Origin: a virus
Taxonomy: Duplodnaviria; Caudoviricetes
DNA length: 64,000 nucleotides
Virus record (IMG/VR): IMGVR_UViG_3300031555_007195
Coordinates: 9,808 to 73,807 of that record
Direction: 5' to 3' (one strand)
The translations under genes were made by a program, and so were the position numbers. Numbering within the stretch: the first letter of the stretch is position 1; each line of letters begins with the position of its first letter. Under the pieces are notes generated by a model. It did not search any database. It saw nothing but the letters and a program-made list of their open reading frames with translations, and had not been told where the DNA came from. Shown piece after piece: positions 1-8,705 of the stretch.

Positions 1-1
1 T

Positions 2-382
2 AAATCATTGTGTAAAAATAGCACTTTTATTTCATCTGGGTATTTGTGCGACTATAGACTTGAGTTTAAGACCTTTGCCAACATCGTACATGATAAAAAC
101 GCTCAAGTTCCCATTGTTGTATGGAAAATCAGTGATGAGGAATTAAAGAAAATCGATTTATATGAAGGTAGTTTATATGAGCGAATTATGATACCACTTA
201 ATTTAGTTGAGTGTAAAAGTAACTTGACAGGAAATGCTTATGTGTACACAATGACACAAAATGAAAAAAATGTTATATTACCTACCCCACAAAAATATAT
301 TGATACAATTGCAGAAGCATATAAAGTTCTGGATTTCGAACTATTGGCTTTGTATGCTGCGATATATTCTGCTGAAGAATGA
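2..382 (+). CDS. Gamma-glutamylcyclotransferase (GGCT/AIG2-like) family protein, 5' partial
   Basis: Frame is open to the window edge; GYLCDYRLEF...VPIVVWKI...IDLYEG...AYVY...Y pattern typical of GGCT-like proteins. Confidence 0.65.
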   Translation, partial: KSLCKNSTFISSGYLCDYRLEFKTFANIVHDKNAQVPIVVWKISDEELKKIDLYEGSLYERIMIPLNLVECKSNLTGNAYVYTMTQNEKNVILPTPQKYIDTIAEAYKVLDFELLALYAAIYSAEE

Positions 383-394
383 GGTGAGTAGGTG

Positions 395-1063
395 ATGATA
401 TACGCAATTTCTGATATACATGGGAATAAACAATTATTCGATAAAGTTGTAGAGACAATTAAAACAGATAAAGACTATTATCTATATATTTTGGGTGATT
501 GTATTGACAGATGCGATAAAGGATTAGAAATTTTAGAAAGCATTTCGAACAATAACGAACGTATGAAACTTATAATTGGCAATCATGAAAAATTTCTATT
601 AAACTATATCATCAATGTTAATGATATCGAAAATCGAAACCAATGGGTTTATAATGGAGGATATAAAACATTAAAACAATATGATTCCTGCAATTGCGAA
701 AAACAAAAAAACATATTAGAACTTTTACAATCAGCCCCATCAATGATTACTGTTAACGCTAACAAAGAAAAAAACTTTATACTATCTCACTCCGGAGCTA
801 ATTGGAGTGACCTTGTAAATCCAAACTTTGAAGCAAAAAACTGTATTTCGAATCGTATCCATTTTTTAGCATACGAGGACATTCCTGATGGTTGGTATAT
901 GGTCCATGGCCATACTCCAGATAGCAATATTCCTCTCCCGATAATCGGTAACGGTTTTTACAATAACAATCATAAAATTAACCTCGATTGTTCAACATAT
1001 ATTAGCAACACTGTAAGGTTACTCAACCTGGATACATTAGAAATTCAATTAATAACAGAATAA
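395..1063 (+). CDS. Metallophosphoesterase, PPP/lambda-phosphatase-like Ser/Thr protein phosphatase
   Basis: DIHG, GDCIDR, GNHE, HSG and HGHTP motifs; GAGGTG RBS upstream of ATG 395. Confidence 0.85.
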   Translation: MIYAISDIHGNKQLFDKVVETIKTDKDYYLYILGDCIDRCDKGLEILESISNNNERMKLIIGNHEKFLLNYIINVNDIENRNQWVYNGGYKTLKQYDSCNCEKQKNILELLQSAPSMITVNANKEKNFILSHSGANWSDLVNPNFEAKNCISNRIHFLAYEDIPDGWYMVHGHTPDSNIPLPIIGNGFYNNNHKINLDCSTYISNTVRLLNLDTLEIQLITE

Positions 1064-1092
1064 ATCAAAAAATATCTGTAATATGTCTTTTC

Positions 1093-1225
1093 GTCAAATG
1101 ATTGTTTATAGAGTATGTGATATGATTTATAATGTCAGGAGGAGATAGCGGTAAAAGCACTAATAAGCCGTGTGCGTAACAAGTAGTATTTATTAAAATT
1201 TAATTTAAAAGGAGATTTTATTATG
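1093..1225 (+). promoter_or_regulatory. Repeated promoter/5' leader unit, copy 1
   Basis: Near-identical to 63787-63925 (5 substitutions plus a 6 nt indel); contains TGaTATGAT/TATAAT -10-like boxes and AAAGGAG RBS ending at ATG 1223. Confidence 0.8.
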
Positions 1226-1546
1226 AAAAAGATTACGAAAACTATAGTAGCGGTGGCAATTTTAGCAACAATGGCAACACAATCGGCTTTTGCATATTCA
1301 CCTATTGAGCAGGCAAAACAATACCTGTGGAAAAATCAAGCTACAACTACTATTTGTGGATGGAGTTGCATGTTTTCTGGAGGTATGCGTTTGCACCGAA
1401 ATGCTTGTCCAAATTGCGACAGCCATAGTTACAAGGTGTTATCAGTTGAGAATTGTCAAACAGATCTGCTCTTCGGAAATCATTTGAGATATGAATTCAG
1501 GGAGTGTTCATCTTGCCGAACAAAGTATAAAGGACCTCAATATTAA
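1223..1546 (+). CDS. Small secreted Cys-rich hypothetical protein
   Basis: Signal peptide MKK-hydrophobic-AFA; CxxxC, CPNC and CSSC motifs; good RBS. Confidence 0.7.
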   Translation: MKKITKTIVAVAILATMATQSAFAYSPIEQAKQYLWKNQATTTICGWSCMFSGGMRLHRNACPNCDSHSYKVLSVENCQTDLLFGNHLRYEFRECSSCRTKYKGPQY

Positions 1547-1588
1547 CGTTTCTTGAATAGCCTGTATTTTCAGTTGAAGTAAATAAAT

Positions 1589-1628
1589 GTGTTATTTGAA
1601 TGAGTATACAAACTCATTCAAATAACAC
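1589..1628. terminator. Perfect 17 bp inverted repeat (terminator or operator)
   Basis: GTGTTATTTGAATGAGT-N6-ACTCATTCAAATAACAC in the intergenic space. Confidence 0.55.
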
Positions 1629-1689
1629 CGTGAAATTGTAAGATTTCAAACATACAAACATTTTTAATTTGAAAGGATATGAATTAATT

Positions 1690-2148
1690 ATGAAAAGAAA
1701 GATTATCGCAGTATTAACAATGACAGTTATGTTGGTTAGTTGTTTATGCATTGGAGCAAACGCAGCCGACTACAGATTAGATTTTGGTCAGGTATCAGGT
1801 GAAACACGATACTTTTCTGAAGGTCAGAGGGTTCGGATAACAATCAGCCAGAACACCCCGCTTAATTATACCAAGAATTCTGCTGTAGATATTGCAGCGA
1901 GAGGTATATGGAATTTATTCGATTGCAACAAAGATACAAAAGTTGGTATTTCTATAAACGACGAAAGAAACAAATGTCATTTTTATGACGAAGAAAAAAT
2001 GAATTGTGACAAGACAAAAACATACGATTTAACGGTGACGGACAGTGGATATTATACATTTGCACTGCGTAACATTACAAGCAGAAAAAGGGATAATTCC
2101 TATTGGGCTACTATACCCGAATATACAATGACTATAGGTGTTTATTGA
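1690..2148 (+). CDS. Secreted hypothetical protein
   Basis: MKRK-hydrophobic-ANA signal peptide followed by a beta-rich mature region. Confidence 0.7.
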   Translation: MKRKIIAVLTMTVMLVSCLCIGANAADYRLDFGQVSGETRYFSEGQRVRITISQNTPLNYTKNSAVDIAARGIWNLFDCNKDTKVGISINDERNKCHFYDEEKMNCDKTKTYDLTVTDSGYYTFALRNITSRKRDNSYWATIPEYTMTIGVY

Positions 2149-2161
2149 TTTTAAGTTTACA

Positions 2162-2191
2162 TACGGAGCGGGGGTTATTAACCGCTCCGTA
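2162..2191. terminator. GC-rich hairpin, probable terminator
   Basis: TACGGAGCGG-N10-CCGCTCCGTA directly after stop 2148. Confidence 0.55.
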
Positions 2192-2210
2192 ATTGCAAAG
2201 GAGGATTCTA

Positions 2211-3554
2211 ATGTTAAAAACTATTTTGAAAGAAAACTGGATAAAAGCCATGGTATTTGTTACATTACTTGCTTTATCTTTGACTACAATATATTTCGCT
2301 GAAATTATTCCTCAGAAAAATTTTTTTGATAAATTATTTAGCGTGGCATTAAGCATTGTGTTTTTATCGGGTGCTCTCATTGGACGATATTTCGAAGATG
2401 ATGACCCCAAAGATGCGGACTGTTTGCGTAAATGTACTTCTATATCTGCACTAGTATTCTCTTTACTTCTTTTAGCAGTTCGTTATTTGCACCAAGTTAC
2501 CGGGATATCATGGCCTGTACATGTTTTTGTATATGATAAAAATCTGTTTTGTACAGGGTATGTGTTTACCGGTTTATCGTTGCAATATCCTTTAGCTGCA
2601 TTGATTTTTGTTGAGATATATTCAGCATTAAAAGATAGGATGAAATTGAGAGAAATTATTTTCTCTGCTTTAGAACTTGTTTGTCTCGGTCTGATTGATG
2701 GAAAGCTAATGTTCGTGACCGCTACGGTTTTGAGTGTTCTTATTTTCATTAGAAGAGTCAAACTTGAAAAACAAAACGTCATTTTCCTTATTGCTACTAA
2801 TGTTTTATCATTTCTAGCTTTGGCTTGGGGACTATATCGACAGGAATACATTGTGAGAACTGACTTCACAACATTGCAAACAATTATAATGATGAGCATA
2901 ATTGTGCTGAACGGTTTGATTTTGACAGTATTAGGATGTCGGAAAAATAAAAGCAACATTAAACTTTTAACTCTTGGAATATTTATGCTTTGGGGTGTTC
3001 TTGTTATCCCCCACATGTGTCTCCTTTTTAATAGTCTACTATGGTTTGTTGTTTTAATTCTTGTTCTTTTGCCAAACGAGGAATATGACAATACAATTGA
3101 TAAATATATTGAAAACTTAATCACCTCTAGATCAAAAAGTATCGATCAAAGAATTTATGAGGCTAATCCTCATGTGACAATCACCGCACGTACATTAGGA
3201 GAACTCATCCGTGCGTCGTTAATAGGTTCAAATCACAAATATTCAACTGTAAAAACAGCTTTCAAAGAGTTGGAGTTCAGTAAGTCGGAATCCAAAATCA
3301 ATTTTGAGTTGGCAATGATTCGTGCTATACTAGAAGAGGTAGAAGGTAGCCAACGTGCCTCTTCATTTTTTGAAACTGCCCGAAAGCTTTCGAGAGGCAA
3401 TGCGGAATTGTATACAGAAGCTTTCTTTAATCGTTCTAATGAAGTTATACAAGAAATCCACGAGGATCTTGATTTGGAGGAAATCGAGGATACCGAAAGA
3501 ATGATTGATGAATACAATTCAATCAGAACAAAACTCAGTAAATTAAAGAGTTAA
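2211..3554 (+). CDS. Polytopic membrane protein with C-terminal helical soluble domain, unknown function
   Basis: Many hydrophobic segments over the first ~290 aa, charged helical tail; AGGAGG RBS before ATG 2211. Confidence 0.7.
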   Translation: MLKTILKENWIKAMVFVTLLALSLTTIYFAEIIPQKNFFDKLFSVALSIVFLSGALIGRYFEDDDPKDADCLRKCTSISALVFSLLLLAVRYLHQVTGISWPVHVFVYDKNLFCTGYVFTGLSLQYPLAALIFVEIYSALKDRMKLREIIFSALELVCLGLIDGKLMFVTATVLSVLIFIRRVKLEKQNVIFLIATNVLSFLALAWGLYRQEYIVRTDFTTLQTIIMMSIIVLNGLILTVLGCRKNKSNIKLLTLGIFMLWGVLVIPHMCLLFNSLLWFVVLILVLLPNEEYDNTIDKYIENLITSRSKSIDQRIYEANPHVTITARTLGELIRASLIGSNHKYSTVKTAFKELEFSKSESKINFELAMIRAILEEVEGSQRASSFFETARKLSRGNAELYTEAFFNRSNEVIQEIHEDLDLEEIEDTERMIDEYNSIRTKLSKLKS

Positions 3555-3610
3555 TCGATACAGGGGGTGTTTCTCTAATAAAAAACACACCCTATATACA
3601 AACAGAAAGG

Positions 3611-4363
3611 ATGAAAATGATGTTAATTGATTTTTTAAACGACTGCAAAGTTTGTATTCCTGAAGAAAAACACGACTTTGATACTGTGAAGCGTGCGTTG
3701 AAAGATAAAGCCTATATAAATTATCTGCCTGCGGTTTGGGATGACCTATATCCTGTACATATCATGGATATGATGGCAGGAAAACACAATTTTACAAATG
3801 CGTATTTGTGTCCGGTGGGAGCATCTGATTTTTTCGGACTACATCATTTTAATGAAATCTTGAACGATTTCTATGAAAATGATATAATCAAACCATCACC
3901 ATTGTATTATGGCGCAGAGCTAGAAGAAGCCATTCTATTAAAATCAACCACTATACATGTGGAAAGAGAATTTAAAATTGCCGGTTTTTCTCCAAATGTA
4001 ATTTATATTAGAATTGCTACTCATAGAGGAAATAAAGCTCACTTGTTTTTAATTGCAGATACTCCCGAGAATAGTTTCAAAGAAATAATAGAAGATTTTG
4101 AAGTTAAAATTCATGTAACCGTCGAGAATCATAAGGGTCTCGGCTCACACTTTGATGGTTTTGAGCTTTATAGGCTATTCGCCGAAAGCAACAAACATTA
4201 TCTATTGCCAAAGTACTGGTTTTTCGGAAAATATGCATGGCCAATCAATATGCCCCTTAATAGTGTGTATAAAGCATCTAAGTGTGAAATATATGAAGTC
4301 CCAAATTGGAGCGAATATACAAAGAAAAAATCAAGGAGAAAGGATAATAATGAAAATGAATAA
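3611..4363 (+). CDS. Hypothetical protein
   Basis: 250 aa ORF with GAAAGG RBS; overlaps pyrH start; no motif recognised. Confidence 0.6.
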   Translation: MKMMLIDFLNDCKVCIPEEKHDFDTVKRALKDKAYINYLPAVWDDLYPVHIMDMMAGKHNFTNAYLCPVGASDFFGLHHFNEILNDFYENDIIKPSPLYYGAELEEAILLKSTTIHVEREFKIAGFSPNVIYIRIATHRGNKAHLFLIADTPENSFKEIIEDFEVKIHVTVENHKGLGSHFDGFELYRLFAESNKHYLLPKYWFFGKYAWPINMPLNSVYKASKCEIYEVPNWSEYTKKKSRRKDNNENE

Positions 4364-5054
4364 AAGAATTGTTTTAAAGTTGAGTGGCGAGGCTCTTGCG
4401 GGTAAAACCAAAACTGGCTTGGACAATGAAATGCTAACAAACATTGCCACCGAAATAAAAAAGCTTGTTGATAACAACGTGCAAGTGGCTATTGTAGTTG
4501 GAGGCGGAAACTTCTGGAGAGGAAGAAATGGAGAAGACATGGACAAAACCAAATCTGACCATATAGGTATGCTTGCAACTACAATTAACGGAATTGCTCT
4601 TGCAAATGCAATGGAAAGGACAGGTTTAGAGGCTGTAGTTCAAAGTAGTATCGATATTCCGATTGCAAAAGTATTCATTAAAGACGATGCTCTTAAAGCT
4701 TTAGAACGCGGAGCAGTAGTAATCCTTACCGGTGGGACAGGAAATGCTTTTTTTACCACTGACACGGCAACTATACTCCGTGCCTTGGAATTGGAAGCAG
4801 ATACTGTTTTGCTGGCGAAGAATATAGACGCGGTATATTCCGCTGACCCAAATCAAGATAAAAACGCAATAAGATATACCAATATATCTTATAAAGAACT
4901 CATTGAACAAAAGCTTAAGGTTATAGATACCACAGCTGTTGCTTTAGCACAGGAAAACAAAGTGGTATGTCATCTGTTTTCTCTCAGAAATCCCGGTAAT
5001 ATTAGTAAAGCTGTTTTCGATAAAGAAGCAATTGGTACTATTATCAGCGAATAA
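4350..5054 (+). CDS. pyrH: UMP kinase
   Basis: RIVLKLSGEAL, IVVGGGNFWRG, DHIGMLAT, GGTGNAFFTTD and KNIDAVYSADP motifs; true start 4350 or 4356, not 4152. Confidence 0.93.
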   Translation: MKMNKRIVLKLSGEALAGKTKTGLDNEMLTNIATEIKKLVDNNVQVAIVVGGGNFWRGRNGEDMDKTKSDHIGMLATTINGIALANAMERTGLEAVVQSSIDIPIAKVFIKDDALKALERGAVVILTGGTGNAFFTTDTATILRALELEADTVLLAKNIDAVYSADPNQDKNAIRYTNISYKELIEQKLKVIDTTAVALAQENKVVCHLFSLRNPGNISKAVFDKEAIGTIISE

Positions 5055-5064
5055 TAAGACAAGG

Positions 5065-5101
5065 AAGAGATGGAGCGTTGATAAACATTACTCCATCTCT
5101 T
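5065..5101. terminator. Terminator hairpin between pyrH and the convergent recombinase
   Basis: AAGAGATGGAG-N15-CTCCATCTCTT, perfect 11 bp arms. Confidence 0.7.
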
Positions 5102-5106
5102 GTTAT

Positions 5107-6684
5107 TTATAATATTATTTTCTGACCGTTTTTAAATAAAACTGTATATTTTTTGCAGTGTGAAACCTCAACCCTTTCAACAAGTGTTAACCAGAGTTCC
5201 TCATCAAATGAAGTTATAGATTCCGGCTTGTTTCGTAGTGCTTCGATAAAAGTTTGCATTTCACGCTCTTTGTTGATGCGTTCGTTTCTTTCAGCTGTAG
5301 CTATACTCAGCCTTTTCTCGGCTTTTTCATATCTGCGGACAAGACTGTTATATTTCTTTGTGTATGTATCCTGCGACTGTTTTTTTCGTGCGTTTTCATT
5401 TACGCATTGACTTACAAGTTCAGAAACAACCTTTAGCTCTTCGTTGAGACTTTCAATCTCTGCATCAAGTTCGGTGCGGTCACATATCGTTTTAATCATA
5501 AGTTGGCAATCTTCAATTACCTTTGTTTTATTTGCCATTACAATATTGTATGCCTCAACAAAGATTTGATGAATTTCCTCAGTGGTGAGATGCGGTGTTT
5601 TACACTTTTTCTCGTTTTTGAATTTACCGTTGCATTGGTAAATTGTAGCTTTGTATTTATCCTTTGAATGCCAAAGTTTGGCACCATAGAAACCACCGCA
5701 ATCAGCACACACTATTTTTGATGCATATATATTATTTCCGCTGTAAGATTTTCCAAGTTTTTCTCGTCTTGACATTTCTGTCTGAACAATATCAAACTCT
5801 AATTTCGGAATAATAGCCGGATGACTATCTTCTACATAGTACTGTGGAACTTCACCCTCATTAACCTTCATTTTCTTTGTAAGGAAATCAACCGTGAACT
5901 TCTTCTGCAGAAGCGCATCACCTTTATATTTTTCGTTTGTGAGAATACTATGAACCGTAGATTGACTCCACTTTGGTTTCCCGGAAACTGTAGGAATGCC
6001 CAATTTTTCAAGTTCTCGGCAAATGCCACTCGGTGTTTTTCCACCCATAAAGAGCTTGTATATTAGGCGGACGATTTTTGCCTCAGCTTCGTTTATGACA
6101 GGTTTGCCATCTTCACCTTTATCATAACCAAGGAAACGTTTGTAGTTCATTTTAACTTTACCATCGGAGAACCTTTTTCGTTGACCCCAGGTCACATTTT
6201 CAGAAAGGCTTCGGCTTTCTTCCTGGGCAAGGCTCGACATAATAGTTATGAGAAGTTCGCCTTTAGAATCGAATGTGTATATATTTTCCTTTTCAAAGAA
6301 AACCTCGGTTCCGTTTTCCTTGAGCATACGAACTGTTACAAGGCTATCGACCGTGTTTCTTGCGAAACGGCTGACTGATTTTGTAACAATAAGGTCTATT
6401 TTCCCTGCAAGTGCATCTGCAACCATTTCATTGAAGCCATCGCGGTGTTTTGTGTTAGTACCCGAAATACCCTCATCAGTATAAATCTTTACAAAAATCC
6501 AATCTTCTCTTTGGCTAATGAATTTGGTATAGTAATCAATCTGTGCTTCGTAACTTGTAAACTGTTCGTCACTGTCTGTTGATACACGCGCATAAGCGGC
6601 GACCTTCCTTTTTGCAACAGATGTTGTGGCAATTGAAGTAAACTTATTTTTTGTTGCCGGTATAACTCTTACAGCTTTACTCAT
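5107..6684 (-). CDS. Large serine recombinase (resolvase + recombinase + Zn ribbon + coiled coil)
   Basis: AAYARVST catalytic Ser motif, KSVSRFARNT, CADC...C Zn ribbon, coiled-coil tail. Confidence 0.93.
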   Translation of the reverse strand: MSKAVRVIPATKNKFTSIATTSVAKRKVAAYARVSTDSDEQFTSYEAQIDYYTKFISQREDWIFVKIYTDEGISGTNTKHRDGFNEMVADALAGKIDLIVTKSVSRFARNTVDSLVTVRMLKENGTEVFFEKENIYTFDSKGELLITIMSSLAQEESRSLSENVTWGQRKRFSDGKVKMNYKRFLGYDKGEDGKPVINEAEAKIVRLIYKLFMGGKTPSGICRELEKLGIPTVSGKPKWSQSTVHSILTNEKYKGDALLQKKFTVDFLTKKMKVNEGEVPQYYVEDSHPAIIPKLEFDIVQTEMSRREKLGKSYSGNNIYASKIVCADCGGFYGAKLWHSKDKYKATIYQCNGKFKNEKKCKTPHLTTEEIHQIFVEAYNIVMANKTKVIEDCQLMIKTICDRTELDAEIESLNEELKVVSELVSQCVNENARKKQSQDTYTKKYNSLVRRYEKAEKRLSIATAERNERINKEREMQTFIEALRNKPESITSFDEELWLTLVERVEVSHCKKYTVLFKNGQKIIL

Positions 6685-7978
6685 GTGTTTTTCTCCTTTC
6701 CAATGTTTTCAGACGAGCCTCTTCCTTCATTTCAGGTGTCCAACTTTCTCTACGTGAACGGTCTTGCCATTCTCTTTCAACAATATGCCCATCTTTAAAA
6801 ACAAACTGTAAATGATTTGCTTTCGGAACAATAATTTTTTCAATCAATGTTTCAAACAGCTCTGCGTCAAATTCCGGCAAACCAAGAACTTCCGCCGATA
6901 CCGCACACAAAGTTTCATCAGGAATCTGCTTCGATGCACACTCTTTTTTGCCAAGCTTATCGAATGTTGAACATATCCAAACTACTCTGGCTGTTGTCAC
7001 TTTCCGTCTGAAATTCTTATTGCAGTTTCCGCATACAATTTTACCTGTAAACGCATATTTCTGAAGTTCTGTTTTCTTTAAATATTTTCTTTTTCGTCGT
7101 TCAAATTCCGTTTGAACTTGGTTGAACATTTCCCTCGAAATAATAGGTTCGTGGTTGTTCTCCACATAATACTGCGGTTTTTCACCATTGTTTTTCCTTG
7201 TCTTTTTTGTTAAATGGTCGGTTCTAAATGATTTTTGCAAAAGTAGATCTCCGATATATTTTTCATTTGATAAAATATATCGAACTTTCTTTTCTGTCCA
7301 CCTGCTATTTGTGTTGCTTTTAATGCCGTGCTCATTTAGTTCAGTGGCTATCTTCAATATACCAAAGCCGTCTAAAAATAATCTGTATATCTGCTTTACA
7401 ATTTCTGCCTCGTATGGCACAATTTCTAAACCACCATCTGCTGTTCTTTTATATCCGTAAATATTTTGAACTGACATAGGAAGAATACCTTGTTCAAAGT
7501 CGTTATGAATGCGCCACTTTACGTTTTCACTCACCGACAAACTTTCTTCCTGTGCATATGATGCCAAAATTGTGAGCATAAGTTCACCGTCCGCACTTAA
7601 TGTGTTAATGTTCTGTTCCTCGAAGAAAATTCCGATACCGAAATTTTTAAGTTCTCTCACAGTTTCAAGTAATGTGACGGTGTTTCGAGCAAACCTTGAT
7701 ATGCTCTTGGTAATTACCATATCAATTTTCCCTGCACGGCAATCTGCTATAAGTCGTTGAAAGTCTGCACGATTATCCTTTGTACCGGTAAGAGCTTCAT
7801 CAGCATATACACCAACATACTCCCAATCATCGTGGGATTGTATGTAGTCGCTATAGTAACTCACCTGTGCCGACAAAGAATGTAGCATCGCATCCTTTCC
7901 GTTTGAAACACGGGTATATGCTGCAACATTTTTCTTTTTGTCTAAGCTTGGAATAGCCTTTATTTCGGTAATTCTCAT
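6677..7978 (-). CDS. Large serine recombinase, second copy
   Basis: AAYTRVSN, KSISRFARNT, CGNC Zn ribbon; start re-assigned to MRITE at 7978 (GGAGG RBS). Confidence 0.92.
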   Translation of the reverse strand: MRITEIKAIPSLDKKKNVAAYTRVSNGKDAMLHSLSAQVSYYSDYIQSHDDWEYVGVYADEALTGTKDNRADFQRLIADCRAGKIDMVITKSISRFARNTVTLLETVRELKNFGIGIFFEEQNINTLSADGELMLTILASYAQEESLSVSENVKWRIHNDFEQGILPMSVQNIYGYKRTADGGLEIVPYEAEIVKQIYRLFLDGFGILKIATELNEHGIKSNTNSRWTEKKVRYILSNEKYIGDLLLQKSFRTDHLTKKTRKNNGEKPQYYVENNHEPIISREMFNQVQTEFERRKRKYLKKTELQKYAFTGKIVCGNCNKNFRRKVTTARVVWICSTFDKLGKKECASKQIPDETLCAVSAEVLGLPEFDAELFETLIEKIIVPKANHLQFVFKDGHIVEREWQDRSRRESWTPEMKEEARLKTLERRKTHE

Positions 7979-7985
7979 TGATATA

Positions 7986-8204
7986 TTACACCTCCTTGTG
8001 TGGTATATTACCGTCATTTTGACTATATATCAACCCATTATCGAAAAATATACTACACGATTCTACGCCGTACTTTTGTGCAATTCTTGTATTAATTTTA
8101 GAGTAATCTTCAGCGGATATTAACCCAATTTCAAGCATTGTTTTTGCTTGTTTCATAGAGGCTTTGTAAGATGCTACATTTTTATAAAGCTCAATACTAT
8201 CCAT
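7986..8204 (-). CDS. Small SHOCT-like protein of the recombinase cassette
   Basis: 72 aa, MLEIGLISAEDYSKI pattern, GGAGG RBS; usual position upstream of paired recombinases. Confidence 0.65.
   Translation of the reverse strand: MDSIELYKNVASYKASMKQAKTMLEIGLISAEDYSKINTRIAQKYGVESCSIFFDNGLIYSQNDGNIPHKEV
8005..8033 (-). promoter_or_regulatory. SigmaA-type promoter TTGATA-N17-TAATAT for the recombinases
   Basis: Same hexamers and spacing as 28602-28630 and 29952-29980. Confidence 0.65.
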
Positions 8205-8586
8205 TACAATTCCTCCTTTGATAACAGTTCTGTGAACAATATTTTCTGTTAGCACTTTTATAAGCGGTAAATTTTGTCCCACAAGTAGGACAAGTAAGTT
8301 CTTGAACAAAAGTACTACTGTAGCTGGCTTTATGTTTTTTCCACCAGGTAACTTTGCATACGTCATCACAAAAAACACGCGGTTTTGTCTTTGATTTGGA
8401 TAAAATGGGTTTCCCGCAATATTTACATCTTTTTGCTTCTTTTGTAAGTGCATCCGTATTCAATTTGTTTCTGTAACAGTATGATTTAACTGAACTAGTT
8501 GATATTCCTAACACATTACTTATTTCAGTATAGCTACAGAGTTTTTCTCGCATTTTCTTTATTGTGTTTTTCTGCTCATTGGTCAT
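8197..8586 (-). CDS. HTH + Zn-finger DNA-binding protein (possible directionality factor or regulator)
   Basis: SYTEISNVLGISTSSVKSYCYR HTH; CKYC, FCDDVC, CPTC, YCSQNC; GGAGG RBS before ATG 8586. Confidence 0.75.
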   Translation of the reverse strand: MTNEQKNTIKKMREKLCSYTEISNVLGISTSSVKSYCYRNKLNTDALTKEAKRCKYCGKPILSKSKTKPRVFCDDVCKVTWWKKHKASYSSTFVQELTCPTCGTKFTAYKSANRKYCSQNCYQRRNCNG

Positions 8587-8615
8587 AGTGATTCCTCCAA
8601 TCCGAGGGGTTTCCT

Positions 8616-8655
8616 CACTGACCACTGGAAACAAAAACAGCGTTTGGGAAAAAAT
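8616..8655 (-). promoter_or_regulatory. 40 bp bipartite motif, candidate promoter for the phage sigma-like factor (copy 2)
   Basis: 16 bp and 15 bp blocks identical to 44161-44200, same 9 bp spacer. Confidence 0.65.
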
Positions 8656-8660
8656 AGGCA

Positions 8661-8699
8661 AAAAAATTAAGCCTGCAAGGAAATAAATCCTCACAGGCT
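8661..8699 (-). terminator. Terminator after endolysin
   Basis: AGCCTG...CAGGCT stem followed by a T run on the minus strand. Confidence 0.55.
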
Positions 8700-8705
8700 C
8701 AAATA

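Noticed and set aside
1140-1180. Repeated leader as a type III toxin-antitoxin RNA or CRISPR repeat
   Set aside because: Single dispersed copies, not tandem arrays; no toxin or cas gene adjacent.
2483-3124. 213 aa minus-strand ORF
   Set aside because: Shadow of the hydrophobic membrane-protein gene.
4152-4349. N-terminal extension of pyrH in the ORF track
   Set aside because: Overlaps the upstream gene; homology and RBS start at 4350/4356.
5055-5110. Direct-repeat att core shared with 56690-56800
   Set aside because: No convincing shared sequence found by eye; serine recombinases need only a very short core, so the ends remain approximate.
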